From NCBI GenBank assembly GCA_963845565.1, contig CAWJSJ010000001.1, positions 256,001 through 320,000 on the forward strand: a stretch of DNA of 64,000 bases. Direction: 5' to 3'. The position numbers and the translations under genes are program-made. Below are positions 55,251-64,000 of this stretch, piece after piece. Below the pieces are notes generated by a model. That model was not told the origin of the DNA and ran no database searches. It worked only from the letters and a program-made list of their open reading frames with translations. Position 1 is the stretch's first letter. Every line of letters begins with the position of its first letter. This DNA is from an uncultured Methylomirabilota bacterium. GTDB lineage: Bacteria; Methylomirabilota; Methylomirabilia; Methylomirabilales; 2-02-FULL-66-22.

Positions 55251-56057
55251 TCATCGGGCTGGAACCCGGGCTTTCCCTCGGGTGAGGAACTCGTGCACCT
55301 TGGGGTCCGTGGAATCGGCGAGCAGGGCTCGGGGGTTGCCCTGCGCGATCATCGTGCCGGTTTCCCCGTCGAGGAGCACCGCATTGTCCCCGATGGCGAA
55401 GATACTGGGCAGCTCGTGTGAGACCGCCACCACCGTGGCCCCCAGGCTGTCGCGCAACTCGAGGATCAGGTCGTCCAGCAGTTTCGAGCTGATGGGATCG
55501 AGGCCGGCCGACGGCTCGTCGAAGAACAGGATGTCCGGGTCCAGCGCCATGGCGCGAGCCAGCCCCGCTCGCTTCCGCATGCCCCCGCTGAGCTCCGACG
55601 GGTCGAAATCCTCGAAGCCGGCGAGGCCCACCAGGGCCAGCTTGAGGGCCACAATCTCGCGGATCTGCGCCGCCGTCAGGTCGGTGAACTCCCGGAGAGG
55701 GAACGCTACGTTCTCGGCCAGGGTCATCGAGGTCCACAGCGCGCCTTTCTGGTACAGCACACCGAACCGGCGCATCATGCGCTCGCGCTCCTCGGGATCC
55801 GCAGTGCAAAAACTCCGGCCATCGTAGAGCACGTCGCCCCGGACGGGCGGGAGCAGGCCGATCAGGCCCCGGAGCAGGGTGCTCTTGCCACAGCCGCTTC
55901 CGCCCATGATGATGAAAATCTCCCCCCGCCGGACGGTGAAGGTCAGGTCGCGCTGGATCACGGAGCTGCCGTACGCCAGGGTGAGATCGGTGACCGCAAT
56001 ACGGGGCACCTCCGGCCCCGCGCCGCCCGGGGGAGGGGTACTAGAAGCCGAGGGCAT
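55251..56057 (-). CDS. MlaF-like ABC ATPase
   Basis: GGSGCGKS, LSGGMRKRAGLARA, FFDEPSAGLDP. Confidence 0.9.
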   Translation of the reverse strand: MPSASSTPPPGGAGPEVPRIAVTDLTLAYGSSVIQRDLTFTVRRGEIFIIMGGSGCGKSTLLRGLIGLLPPVRGDVLYDGRSFCTADPEERERMMRRFGVLYQKGALWTSMTLAENVAFPLREFTDLTAAQIREIVALKLALVGLAGFEDFDPSELSGGMRKRAGLARAMALDPDILFFDEPSAGLDPISSKLLDDLILELRDSLGATVVAVSHELPSIFAIGDNAVLLDGETGTMIAQGNPRALLADSTDPKVHEFLTRGKARVPAR

Positions 56058-57207
56058 TGTAGATGACCGTCAGGATCGCGTCCGAAAAGACGATGAACAC
56101 GATGCCCGTCACCACGGCGGACGTGACCGCCATCCCCACCGCAGCGGAGGAGCGGCCGCACTGCATGCCGCGCAGGCAGCCGGCCAGGGCCACCAGCACC
56201 CCGAACACCACGCTCTTGATCAGCCCCATACTGAAGTCGGTGAGGGTCAAGATGCGCTGCGTCTCGTAGAAGTATTGCGTGGGCGAGAGCCCCAGCATGG
56301 TGATGCCGACGAACCCACCGCCCAGGATGCCCAGCAGGTCGGCGTACAGCGTGAGCATGGGCATCATCAGCACCAGCGCGATCATCCGCGGCAGAACGAG
56401 GCACTCCACGGGCGACAGCCCCAGGGTCGTCAGCGCGTCGACCTCCTCGTTTGCCTGCATGCTACCGATCTGGGCAGCGAACGCAGCCCCGCTGCGCCCG
56501 GCCATGATGATGGCCGTCATCATGGCGCCCATCTCCCGCGCCATGGCGATGCCCACGAGGTCCGCCACGTAGATCTGCGCGCCGAACTGCCGGAGCTGGA
56601 CGGCGCCCACGAAGGCCAGGATCAGCCCCACGAGGAAACTGATGAGCGTCACGATGGGCAGCGCCCTGGCGCCGCACTCGTCAATATAGAGGGCTAGGTC
56701 GGAACCGCGCAAGCGCGCCTTCCCGCGGAGCAGGGCCAGGACGGCAAGGAACACCTCGCCGATGAACGTGAGCATCGCGACGGCCCCCGCCCAGGCGGCA
56801 AGGCCGGTCGTCCCCACGCGGGCGAGCCAGGGCAGGCGAGTGTCGCGTGGCCCGGTCTTCCGAGGCGGCACGACGTCCGCCAGGCGCAAGAGCCGCTGGA
56901 TGCCCTCCGGCAGCCCGGTCAGGTCCGGCTCGATGCCGTCGGCGGAGCCCCACTCGCGCAGCTTCGAGACGAATGCGAGGAGCCCCGTGTCCCACGCCGT
57001 CACGCCCTGCGTGTCGAACAGGATGCGCTGGACGGCCCGCCACGTTTCGATCTGCCGCTGCACCTCGCTCACGGCGGGCAGCCGGTCCTCCATCTTCCAG
57101 CTCCCAGAGAGCCGGACCAGCACCGTCCTCTCCGCGGGATGCTCCACCCGCATCTGCCACCGTTCGGCCGCGGCGGCACTGACACCCTGTGGTTGATCAG
57201 CGGTCAC
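56041..57207 (-). CDS. STAS-MlaE family permease
   Basis: REMGAMMTAIIMAGRSGAAFAAQIGSMQANEEVDAL. Confidence 0.9.
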   Translation of the reverse strand: MTADQPQGVSAAAAERWQMRVEHPAERTVLVRLSGSWKMEDRLPAVSEVQRQIETWRAVQRILFDTQGVTAWDTGLLAFVSKLREWGSADGIEPDLTGLPEGIQRLLRLADVVPPRKTGPRDTRLPWLARVGTTGLAAWAGAVAMLTFIGEVFLAVLALLRGKARLRGSDLALYIDECGARALPIVTLISFLVGLILAFVGAVQLRQFGAQIYVADLVGIAMAREMGAMMTAIIMAGRSGAAFAAQIGSMQANEEVDALTTLGLSPVECLVLPRMIALVLMMPMLTLYADLLGILGGGFVGITMLGLSPTQYFYETQRILTLTDFSMGLIKSVVFGVLVALAGCLRGMQCGRSSAAVGMAVTSAVVTGIVFIVFSDAILTVIYNALGF

Positions 57208-57430
57208 GCGTCGTCACCCCTTCGACACGCCAATGGGCCATTCAGGGCGCCAGAATTCTGGATTCATTCAGTCGTATCGGCACCTGCCGCTGCCCGCCAT
57301 CACGCGGCCGCATGAGGAGCGGTGCTGTTCCTCCCTCAGGTCGCGAAATTCCGCTCGCCGGTCCGCAGGCGGCGTCGCCTCGCGCGGAGGACGGCGGAGG
57401 TTCTCTGGGAGGATCTCGCGCACTCCGTTC

Positions 57431-58546
57431 TCACTTGCCCTCTTCCCATTTGGTGGTCCGTATGCCCGCGATGAAGACCGCGGTCGCGAACACCCCGATG
57501 ACCACCGAGTACCGCAGCGCGGTCATGTTGTCCACAAATACCATGGACGCCCGGAGCCCCTCGTTGACGTAGTACAGGGGCAGTATCCGAGCGAACGTCT
57601 GCAGGAAACCCGGCATCATCTCGAGGGGGAAGAAGCTCCCCGAGAGGAACATCATCGGGAACATGATGACGTTTGCCGCCGCCGCCGCGCTCTCCGCCTC
57701 CTTCGCGACGCGGGTGAGGATCATCCCGATTCCGGCGAACGCGAAGACCTCCAGCGCAATGAACACCGGGAGCCAGGCGTTGATCTGCAGGCTCACCTGG
57801 AACACCGCGTAGCTCACCAGCAGGATCGCGATCGTGGACATGACCGCGAGGATGAATTGGTACAGGATGTTCGACAGGATCCAGTCGGTCCGGGTGATGG
57901 GCGTGGTGGATAGCTTCCTGATGACGCCCTTCTGCCGGAGCTGCGCGTTGACGTTCACCGCGCCGGAAAGGCTCGAGGTCATCACCGACATCGCAATGAT
58001 GCCGGGGACGAAGAACTCGATGAACCGGTACTTCTTGGTGTGGATCGATGTCTCGGCCGACCGGATGAACGGCAACGCTCCGGACAAACTCTGGTTCACC
58101 ACCCCGAACAAGGACTGGAGCGCCTGCAGCTTCGTGACCGTTGCGGTCGAACTCGGGTCGTAGATGGACGTGACCGTCACGGACGCGCTGGGGTCACGGA
58201 ACGTCATCCTCCGCACGAGCGCGCTCTCGTAGCCCCTGGGGATCACGAGAACGAGGTTCAGCTTGTGGTCCTTGGCGTACTGCGTGGCGTCGATGGCAGG
58301 GTCGACCTTGGTGAGCCGGAACCTCCCGCTTTCCGCGAGCCTCGTGACGAGCTGGGCGGACGCATTCGTGCGATCGAGGTCCTGCACGTGCAAGGCGAAG
58401 CTCATGTTGTCCTGGTCCAGGAAGATCGTGCCGAACACGAGTATCAGGATTATCGGGAACGCGATCGTGAAGAACATCGCCGACTTCTCGCGGGAGAAGC
58501 TCTTGAGGCTCACGACGAGATTGGCACCGATGACACGCGGGCTCAT
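57431..58546 (-). CDS. ABC-2 type permease
   Basis: FFTIAFPI, FFVPGIIAM, PMMFLSGSFFP. Confidence 0.88.
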   Translation of the reverse strand: MSPRVIGANLVVSLKSFSREKSAMFFTIAFPIILILVFGTIFLDQDNMSFALHVQDLDRTNASAQLVTRLAESGRFRLTKVDPAIDATQYAKDHKLNLVLVIPRGYESALVRRMTFRDPSASVTVTSIYDPSSTATVTKLQALQSLFGVVNQSLSGALPFIRSAETSIHTKKYRFIEFFVPGIIAMSVMTSSLSGAVNVNAQLRQKGVIRKLSTTPITRTDWILSNILYQFILAVMSTIAILLVSYAVFQVSLQINAWLPVFIALEVFAFAGIGMILTRVAKEAESAAAAANVIMFPMMFLSGSFFPLEMMPGFLQTFARILPLYYVNEGLRASMVFVDNMTALRYSVVIGVFATAVFIAGIRTTKWEEGK

Positions 58547-59511
58547 TCCGGCACCGTCTCGACGGAGCTGCCCTGGAGCGCCTCGCCGGTGAGCTTCATG
58601 AACACCTCTTCGAGGTTCGGCTTGCGAACGTCCAGGCTAAGGAGCGACACGCCGGCGCCCGTGAGGGCGTTCAGTATCCGCTGGACGTCGCCGGTGTGTT
58701 CCACCCTGACCTTGATGTGGTTGTGGTTTTCATGGGGGACCGGCGGAAAGCCCATCTGCTGGACGATCTCGCGGGCGCGTTCCTCGAGGAACTTCAGCGT
58801 GAGGACCAGGTAATTCGCGCTGCGTTCTATCAGCTCGTCGGGAGAGCCCATCGCGACGATCTTCCCCTTCGAGATTATCGCGACCGCGTCCGCAAGGAGT
58901 TCGGCTTCCTCCATGTAGTGCGTGGTGAGAAAGACCGTCTTCCCCTTCTTCTTCAGTCCCAGCAGGACGTCCCACACTTCGCGCCGTGCGCGCGGGTCGA
59001 GCCCCGTCGTCGGCTCGTCGAGGAACACGACCTCGGGGTCGTTCACGAGCGCGATGGCGATGCCGAGGCGCTGCTTCAAGCCCCCCGAGAGATTCCTGAA
59101 CTGCTCTGTGCTCTTGGCCTCGAGGTTCGCGAGCGCGATCAGCCCGTCGACATCGGCGTGTCGGCAGCAGAAAAGTCGCGAGTAGTACTGGATGGTCTCC
59201 CTGACCGTTAGTCTGTCGAACGAGCTGAACCCCTGCGGGAGGACGCCGATGCGGGGCAGGATATCGCGCTTCCTCGTCGTGACGTCCATCCCGAGCAGGC
59301 TCACTCTTCCCGAGGTGGGCGTGCGGATGGTCTCGATGATCTCGACGGTGGTGGTCTTGCCGGCGCCGTTCGGGCCCAGGAACGCGAACACGCCGCCTTT
59401 CCTGACGTTGAACGAGACGTCGTCGACCGCCAGGAAATCCCCGTAACGCTTCGTCAGTGCCTCGACTTCGATGGCGGGCTCAGCAATTGCGTGATCAGCG
59501 CGGTTCGTCAT
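58543..59511 (-). CDS. ABC transporter ATP-binding protein
   Basis: GPNGAGKT, LSGG, FLDEPTTGLDP. Confidence 0.9.
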   Translation of the reverse strand: MTNRADHAIAEPAIEVEALTKRYGDFLAVDDVSFNVRKGGVFAFLGPNGAGKTTTVEIIETIRTPTSGRVSLLGMDVTTRKRDILPRIGVLPQGFSSFDRLTVRETIQYYSRLFCCRHADVDGLIALANLEAKSTEQFRNLSGGLKQRLGIAIALVNDPEVVFLDEPTTGLDPRARREVWDVLLGLKKKGKTVFLTTHYMEEAELLADAVAIISKGKIVAMGSPDELIERSANYLVLTLKFLEERAREIVQQMGFPPVPHENHNHIKVRVEHTGDVQRILNALTGAGVSLLSLDVRKPNLEEVFMKLTGEALQGSSVETVPE

Positions 59512-62500
59512 GGATCGGCGGCTCATCGCCTTCGTGCGGCAGGTTGGCGAGTTCGTCGGCCACGGCGCTGACGGTCGTGCGGATCTGCGCCTCGCTGTGA
59601 TTCGTGGTGAGGAAGAAACGCAGGCGAGCGGAGCGGTCGGGCACCGCCGGATACAGAATCGGATGGACGTTGATGCCGCGGTCGAACAAGGCCTGTGACA
59701 GGCGCAAGGCCCTGACCGAGCTTCCAGCGATGACCGGAACCACCGGCGTGCCGGCCGCCAAGCCGGTGTCCAAGCCGCGCTCCCTGGCCAGTGTCAGGAA
59801 CAGCGTTGCCAACTCGCGGAGCCGGGCCACTCGCCGCGGCTCGCGCTGGAGGACCGTCAGGGCGGCCAGGGACGCAGCGGCACTGGGCGGCGGGAGGCCC
59901 ACGCTGTAGACGAACCCGGGGGCGGTGTACTTGAGGTACTCGACGAGCTCGGTCGAGCCGGCAATAAACCCGCCGCAACCGGCCAGCGACTTGGAGAGCG
60001 TGCCCATCCACAGGTCGACGTCGGCGCGGGCCGCGCCCCAGTGCTCGCCGAGGCCCCGGCCGGTCGCCCCCATGGTGCCCAGCGAGTGCGCGTCATCGAC
60101 CAGCAGCAGCGTCTTGTGCTTCTTCCTGAGTTCCACGAAGCGCGGCAACTCGGGGAAGTCGCCATCCATGCTGTACACGCCCTCGATGGCGATCAGCACG
60201 CGACGGTAGCGGTGGCGCACTTCGGACAACAGGCTGTCGAGGGCCTGCCAGTCGTTGTGGGCAAAGCCTCGACGCGCAGCACCGGCGAGCATGGCGCCCT
60301 GGACGATCGAGTTGTGGGCCAGCATGTCGTGGAGGATCAGATCGTCCGGCCCGAACAGGTGGCCGATGGTGGTGACGTTGGTGGCATGGCCGGAGACGAA
60401 GACGATCGCGGCCGGGGTGGTCAGGAAGGCGGCCAAGGCCTGCTCCAGATCACGGTGGACCTGCTTCTCGCCGGAGACCAGGCGACTGGCGCCGGCGCTG
60501 GTGCCATAGCGGTCGATCGCGGCCTTGGCGGCGGCGGCCACCTCCGGATCGTGGGCCAGGCCGACGTAGTCATAGACGCTGAAGTTGACGAGCGGACGCC
60601 CCCCGATGCTGGGCGCGCTTCCCGATCCGCCTTGGTCGACGCGGAAGTAGGGGTTGTCGCCGACGGCCAGCAGCAGACGCTCTTGACGCTTCAATTCGCC
60701 GTACTCGGGGAAGCGGGCCACCTCGTAGTGTTCGGGCGGGATCTGGCCGGCGGGAACGTCGAACCTGGGGGCGTCGATCAGGTGCTTCTGCACGGCCTGG
60801 ACCAGATCCGCCAGCGTCTGTACCTGGCTGATCGCCGCGTCGGGCAGGCGCCCGGCGAACGCCTTCTCCAGCCTGGCCGCGAGATCCACACGCTGCAGCG
60901 AGTCCAGGCCCAAGACGGCAAGGGGGGTGTCCGGCGTGAGGTCGGGCAGCGCTGCGCCGGCCAAGGCGCGGGCGTGCTGGCAAACGGCGGCCAGTGCGGT
61001 TTGCCAAGAGTGCGGCGCGGGATGCGCCGTGGAAGCGCCTGCGCCGTCGCCACCCGGGGCGGCATTGTCGCCGGGCAAGCCGCAGTGTTCGGCGAGGACC
61101 TTGAGTTCTCCGGCCAGGAAGGCCGCGCGACAGGCGTGGCGCTGCGTCTTTCCGCTGGAGGTCCGGGGAATCGTCCCGCTGCGCACCAGCACGACCGCGT
61201 CCAGGGCCAGGCCATGTTCGTCGAGTACCGCCCGGCGAAGGGCATCCAGCACGGGCGCGAAATCAACCCGCTCCTTTGTGCGCGACCTCCTGCACCAGAA
61301 CCAGGCGCTGGCGCCCGTGATCGTCCGCGACGAAGGCGGCCCCGTGGCCGGTTTCCAGCAGCGGGTGGCTCCCGCGGGCGGTGGCCTCGATATCCTGCGG
61401 ATAGCGGTTCAGGCCGCGGACGATGATCAGGTCGTCCAGCCGGCCGGTGACATAGAGTTGGCCCTCGCATATGAAGCCCAGGTCGCCGGTCCGCAGGAAC
61501 GGGCCCTCGCCCGTGTCGCTCAGGCGGGCGTCGAAGGAACGGCGGGTCTGACCGGGCTTGTGCCAATAGCCCTGACCGACCGACGCGCCGGCAACCCAGA
61601 TTTCGCCCACGCGGCCGGGGGCGGCCTGCGCGCCGCTGTGCGGGTCGACGATCACCACGCGGAGACCGTCGATGGGCGATCCGCAGGCCACCAGGTGGCG
61701 AGCCTGCGGCGCATCGGTGGCCATGGGTTCGACGCGGTTCTCGGTCAGCGCCCTGGCGCGGAAGGCCTCGACGGTCGCGCCACTATCGCGCCTCGGGCCG
61801 CTGACCATGAGCGTCGCCTCCGCCAGACCGTAACAGGGATACAAGGCGCCCGGTTTGAAGCCGCAGGGGGCGAACGCGGTCGCAAAGCGATCGAGCGTTC
61901 CGGGTTCAATGGGTTCGGCGCCGACGAAGGCCAGAGCCCAGGAGGAAAGGTCGAGGGTCGCCCGCTGCTCGTCGGTGATCTTGCGAACACAAAGATCGTA
62001 GGCGAAGTTGGGCCCGCCGGAGATGGTGGCCCGGTACTGGCTGATGGCGGTCAGCCACGTGATGGGGCTCTGGAGGAACGTGGCCGGTGAGATAGACACG
62101 TTGGTCGCACCGGTGAACACCGGGACCAGGATGCCGCCCACCAGGCCCATGTCATGGTACATGGGCAGCCAGAACACACTGCTGTCCCCGGCCTGTACGC
62201 CGAACGCCTGATAGGTGGCACGGATGTTGGCCATGAGGGCCGCGTGACTGAGCATGACGCCCTTGGGCCGGTCGGTCGAGCCGGAGGTGTACTGGAGCAT
62301 GGCCAGCGTGTCAGGGGCGATTGCCGGTTCTTGCCAGCGCTCGGCCACGGCGTCGGGAATCTCGTCGGTGGCGAGCCACGAGAGCTGGGTGAACGTGGCC
62401 GCGTGACGGCTGTTTTCCGCTTCCATCATGGCCTGGAACTGTGCCGCGCCCGAGGCGTTGCTCAGGGCGGTGCGGGCCCCGGCATCGGCGGCGACGGCTT

Positions 62501-62840
62501 GGAATCGCTCCAGCATGCGGTGGCGATGCGGTGGGTAGGTCGGCACCGCGACGCAACCGGCGTATAGGCAGCCGAAGAGAGCCGTAATGAAGTCGAGGCC
62601 GGGCGGATAGACCAGCAGCACGAACTGGCCGACACAGCCCATGTCCTGCAAGTGAGCCGCGATGGCGCGGGCTCGCCGATCGAGCTGGGCGTAGGTCAGG
62701 CTGGCGTGATCGGCCTGGCCGTCGAGCAGATGGACACATGCCGGTTTCCGCGGTTGTTCGTCGGCGTGGCGGCGCAGCACGCGGATCAAGTGGCCGGGAA
62801 GCTGATGCGGATTGAGGTGAGCGTGGGTGTGAACCGACAT
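59495..62840 (-). CDS. Fatty acyl-AMP ligase - ACP - alpha-oxoamine synthase (SPT/BioF-like) fusion (frameshift near 61260)
   Basis: FAAL: QYTSGST..PKG, WLP.YHDMGL, YGLAE, LRTGDLG, PRTSSGK; ACP: LGLDSL; PLP domain: EGVYSMDGD, DDAH, GTLSKS. Confidence 0.85.
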
Positions 62841-63014
62841 GGTCAGGGGGATCTCCCAGAGGAATTTGACCCACGACCGGTGTGGGTCTTTACTTGTTTA
62901 TAACTGGGGCCGGGTGCGTTTTCAAGAACTTTCCCATCGCCCGGTCATGGCCATGATGGGGAAATGCGGGTTGATGGTGGTCAGAGTCACCGCGAAACCC
63001 GATTCTCGATTGAA

Positions 63015-63200
63015 CCTCCGACCTCCAGCGTATTTTCGCGGCTGGCGCACCGACGCGCCACCACGGTGGGGTGAACACTGGGGCCAGGGCTGGGACCAGC
63101 GTCGCGCCGGATGGGACCGATGGGACCACCGCTCCGGTCCACGTGCCGCGCCGTTGCGCGGTCTACCAGCGACAGTATTCCGGGGACCGCTATCTTCAAC
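63015..63200 (+). pseudogene. Fragment of a Trp-rich hypothetical gene
   Basis: PPAYFRGWRTDAPPRWGEHWG..WDRWD.../YQRQYSGDRY, with no evident start or RBS and a frameshift. Confidence 0.35.
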
Positions 63201-63295
63201 GAACGTCGACGCAACAACCACGTGCAACCGAACCAGCAACGGCAACAACAGGAACCCATGCAGCCGCCGCCGCAAATGCAACAGGCGATCTGGCT

Positions 63296-64000
63296 TTACC
63301 TGCGAGAATCTGCGTTGTCTGCGGATGACATGACGGCGGACGGTTTCGGGGTGGCGGCGGGGCCATTGACGCAGGCGGTATCGCGTTCGTGGATAATTTG
63401 ATGCTCGGCGTCGGCGGGAGCTGGGGGGACGTGGCGATGGGCGCTGCAAAAGGAGAGGGAGTTGGCGATCAGGCCGCGCAGGAGCCGCAGCTTGTCGGGC
63501 CGGAACCCGCGGTGAGGCCAATAAAGGCGCTCCTGGCGGATCACGCGATGCACAATCTTCCGGTAGCTGCCCAGCATCATGCCGTAGAGCTTCTTGGTGG
63601 GGATGGGCGTCCGGGTCACGAAGTGCTGCATGTCGTAGACTTCCCAATCCGTGGTTAGTACGTTCTGTTTCTGTTGCTCGTAGTATTTTGTCCCGGGGAA
63701 AGGCGTGATGGGCGTGAACTCGGCGTGCATGATCGAGGGGTGGGTGCGGATGTAGCGGTTCAGCTGCGTGAAGTCCTGCTGTGTGAACGTTGGCTTGACG
63801 AGGAAGCCCGCACTGATCCCCACCCCGATTTCCTCGAGGAACCGCACGGCCCCTTCGTTTTGCGACATGTGGATCCTCTTTTGGAATCCGTCCAGTTCCT
63901 TGTCATCCAGGGCTTCCAGCCCGATCATCGCGATGGACAGCCCAGCCTGGGCCCAAAGCTCGAACAGATCGGGGTTGTTGACGATCGTATCAGCCCGAAC
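63296..64000 (-). CDS. B12-binding-type radical SAM protein, C-terminal part (N terminus beyond window end)
   Basis: Frame open to the window end: RADTIV..PDLF..WA.AGL...IGLE...TPFPGT. Confidence 0.75.
   Translation of the reverse strand, partial: VRADTIVNNPDLFELWAQAGLSIAMIGLEALDDKELDGFQKRIHMSQNEGAVRFLEEIGVGISAGFLVKPTFTQQDFTQLNRYIRTHPSIMHAEFTPITPFPGTKYYEQQKQNVLTTDWEVYDMQHFVTRTPIPTKKLYGMMLGSYRKIVHRVIRQERLYWPHRGFRPDKLRLLRGLIANSLSFCSAHRHVPPAPADAEHQIIHERDTACVNGPAATPKPSAVMSSADNADSRR

Noticed and set aside
59495..61252. Annotation as biotin synthesis bioF
   Set aside because: No other bio genes nearby; the FAAL-ACP fusion and the bCerS/CerR-like neighbours point to lipid synthesis.

Overview
High-GC (roughly 68-70% by eye) bacterial window. 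A diderm envelope is indicated by OmpA lipoproteins, Mla-type ABC genes and a PEP-CTERM protein. No rRNA, tRNA, CRISPR array or intact transposase was seen. There are two main blocks. (1) Bases ~1-49.7 kb form a general-stress-like island of small membrane and secreted proteins: YtxH, two DUF3309, four BON/OsmY genes, dodecin, OmpA, hemerythrin, a P-type ATPase, YihY, RbbA-type ABC, DksA/TraR, a class A PBP and AI-2E. It surrounds a signalling hub: CheB/CheR fusion, hybrid kinase, kaiC-kaiB-kaiB, a PAS protein and a sigma54 enhancer-binding protein (EBP). The most striking unannotated signal is a promoter module that recurs 10 times with near-fixed geometry. It consists of tandem palindromes TCCGA-N4-TCGGA-N5-TCCGA-N4-TCGG(G/A), an IHF-like YAA-N4-TTGATW site 47-48 bp later, and a sigma54 -24/-12 box, mostly TGGA(T/C)C-N5-TTGC, 100-102 bp after the palindromes. 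This looks like a complete sigma54 regulon, plausibly driven by the local EBP, and it includes a family of 24-aa micropeptides. The EBP shares a ~98% identical 530-bp input module with the kinase next to CheB/CheR. (2) Bases ~49.8-64 kb form a putative sphingolipid/ceramide cluster: bCerS-like GNAT, CerR-like reductase, FAAL-ACP-alpha-oxoamine-synthase fusion, Mla-type and ABC-2 transporters, and a radical SAM gene. Many genes carry single-base frameshifts, most likely long-read assembly errors. All family calls come from motif recognition by eye; no database searches were run.
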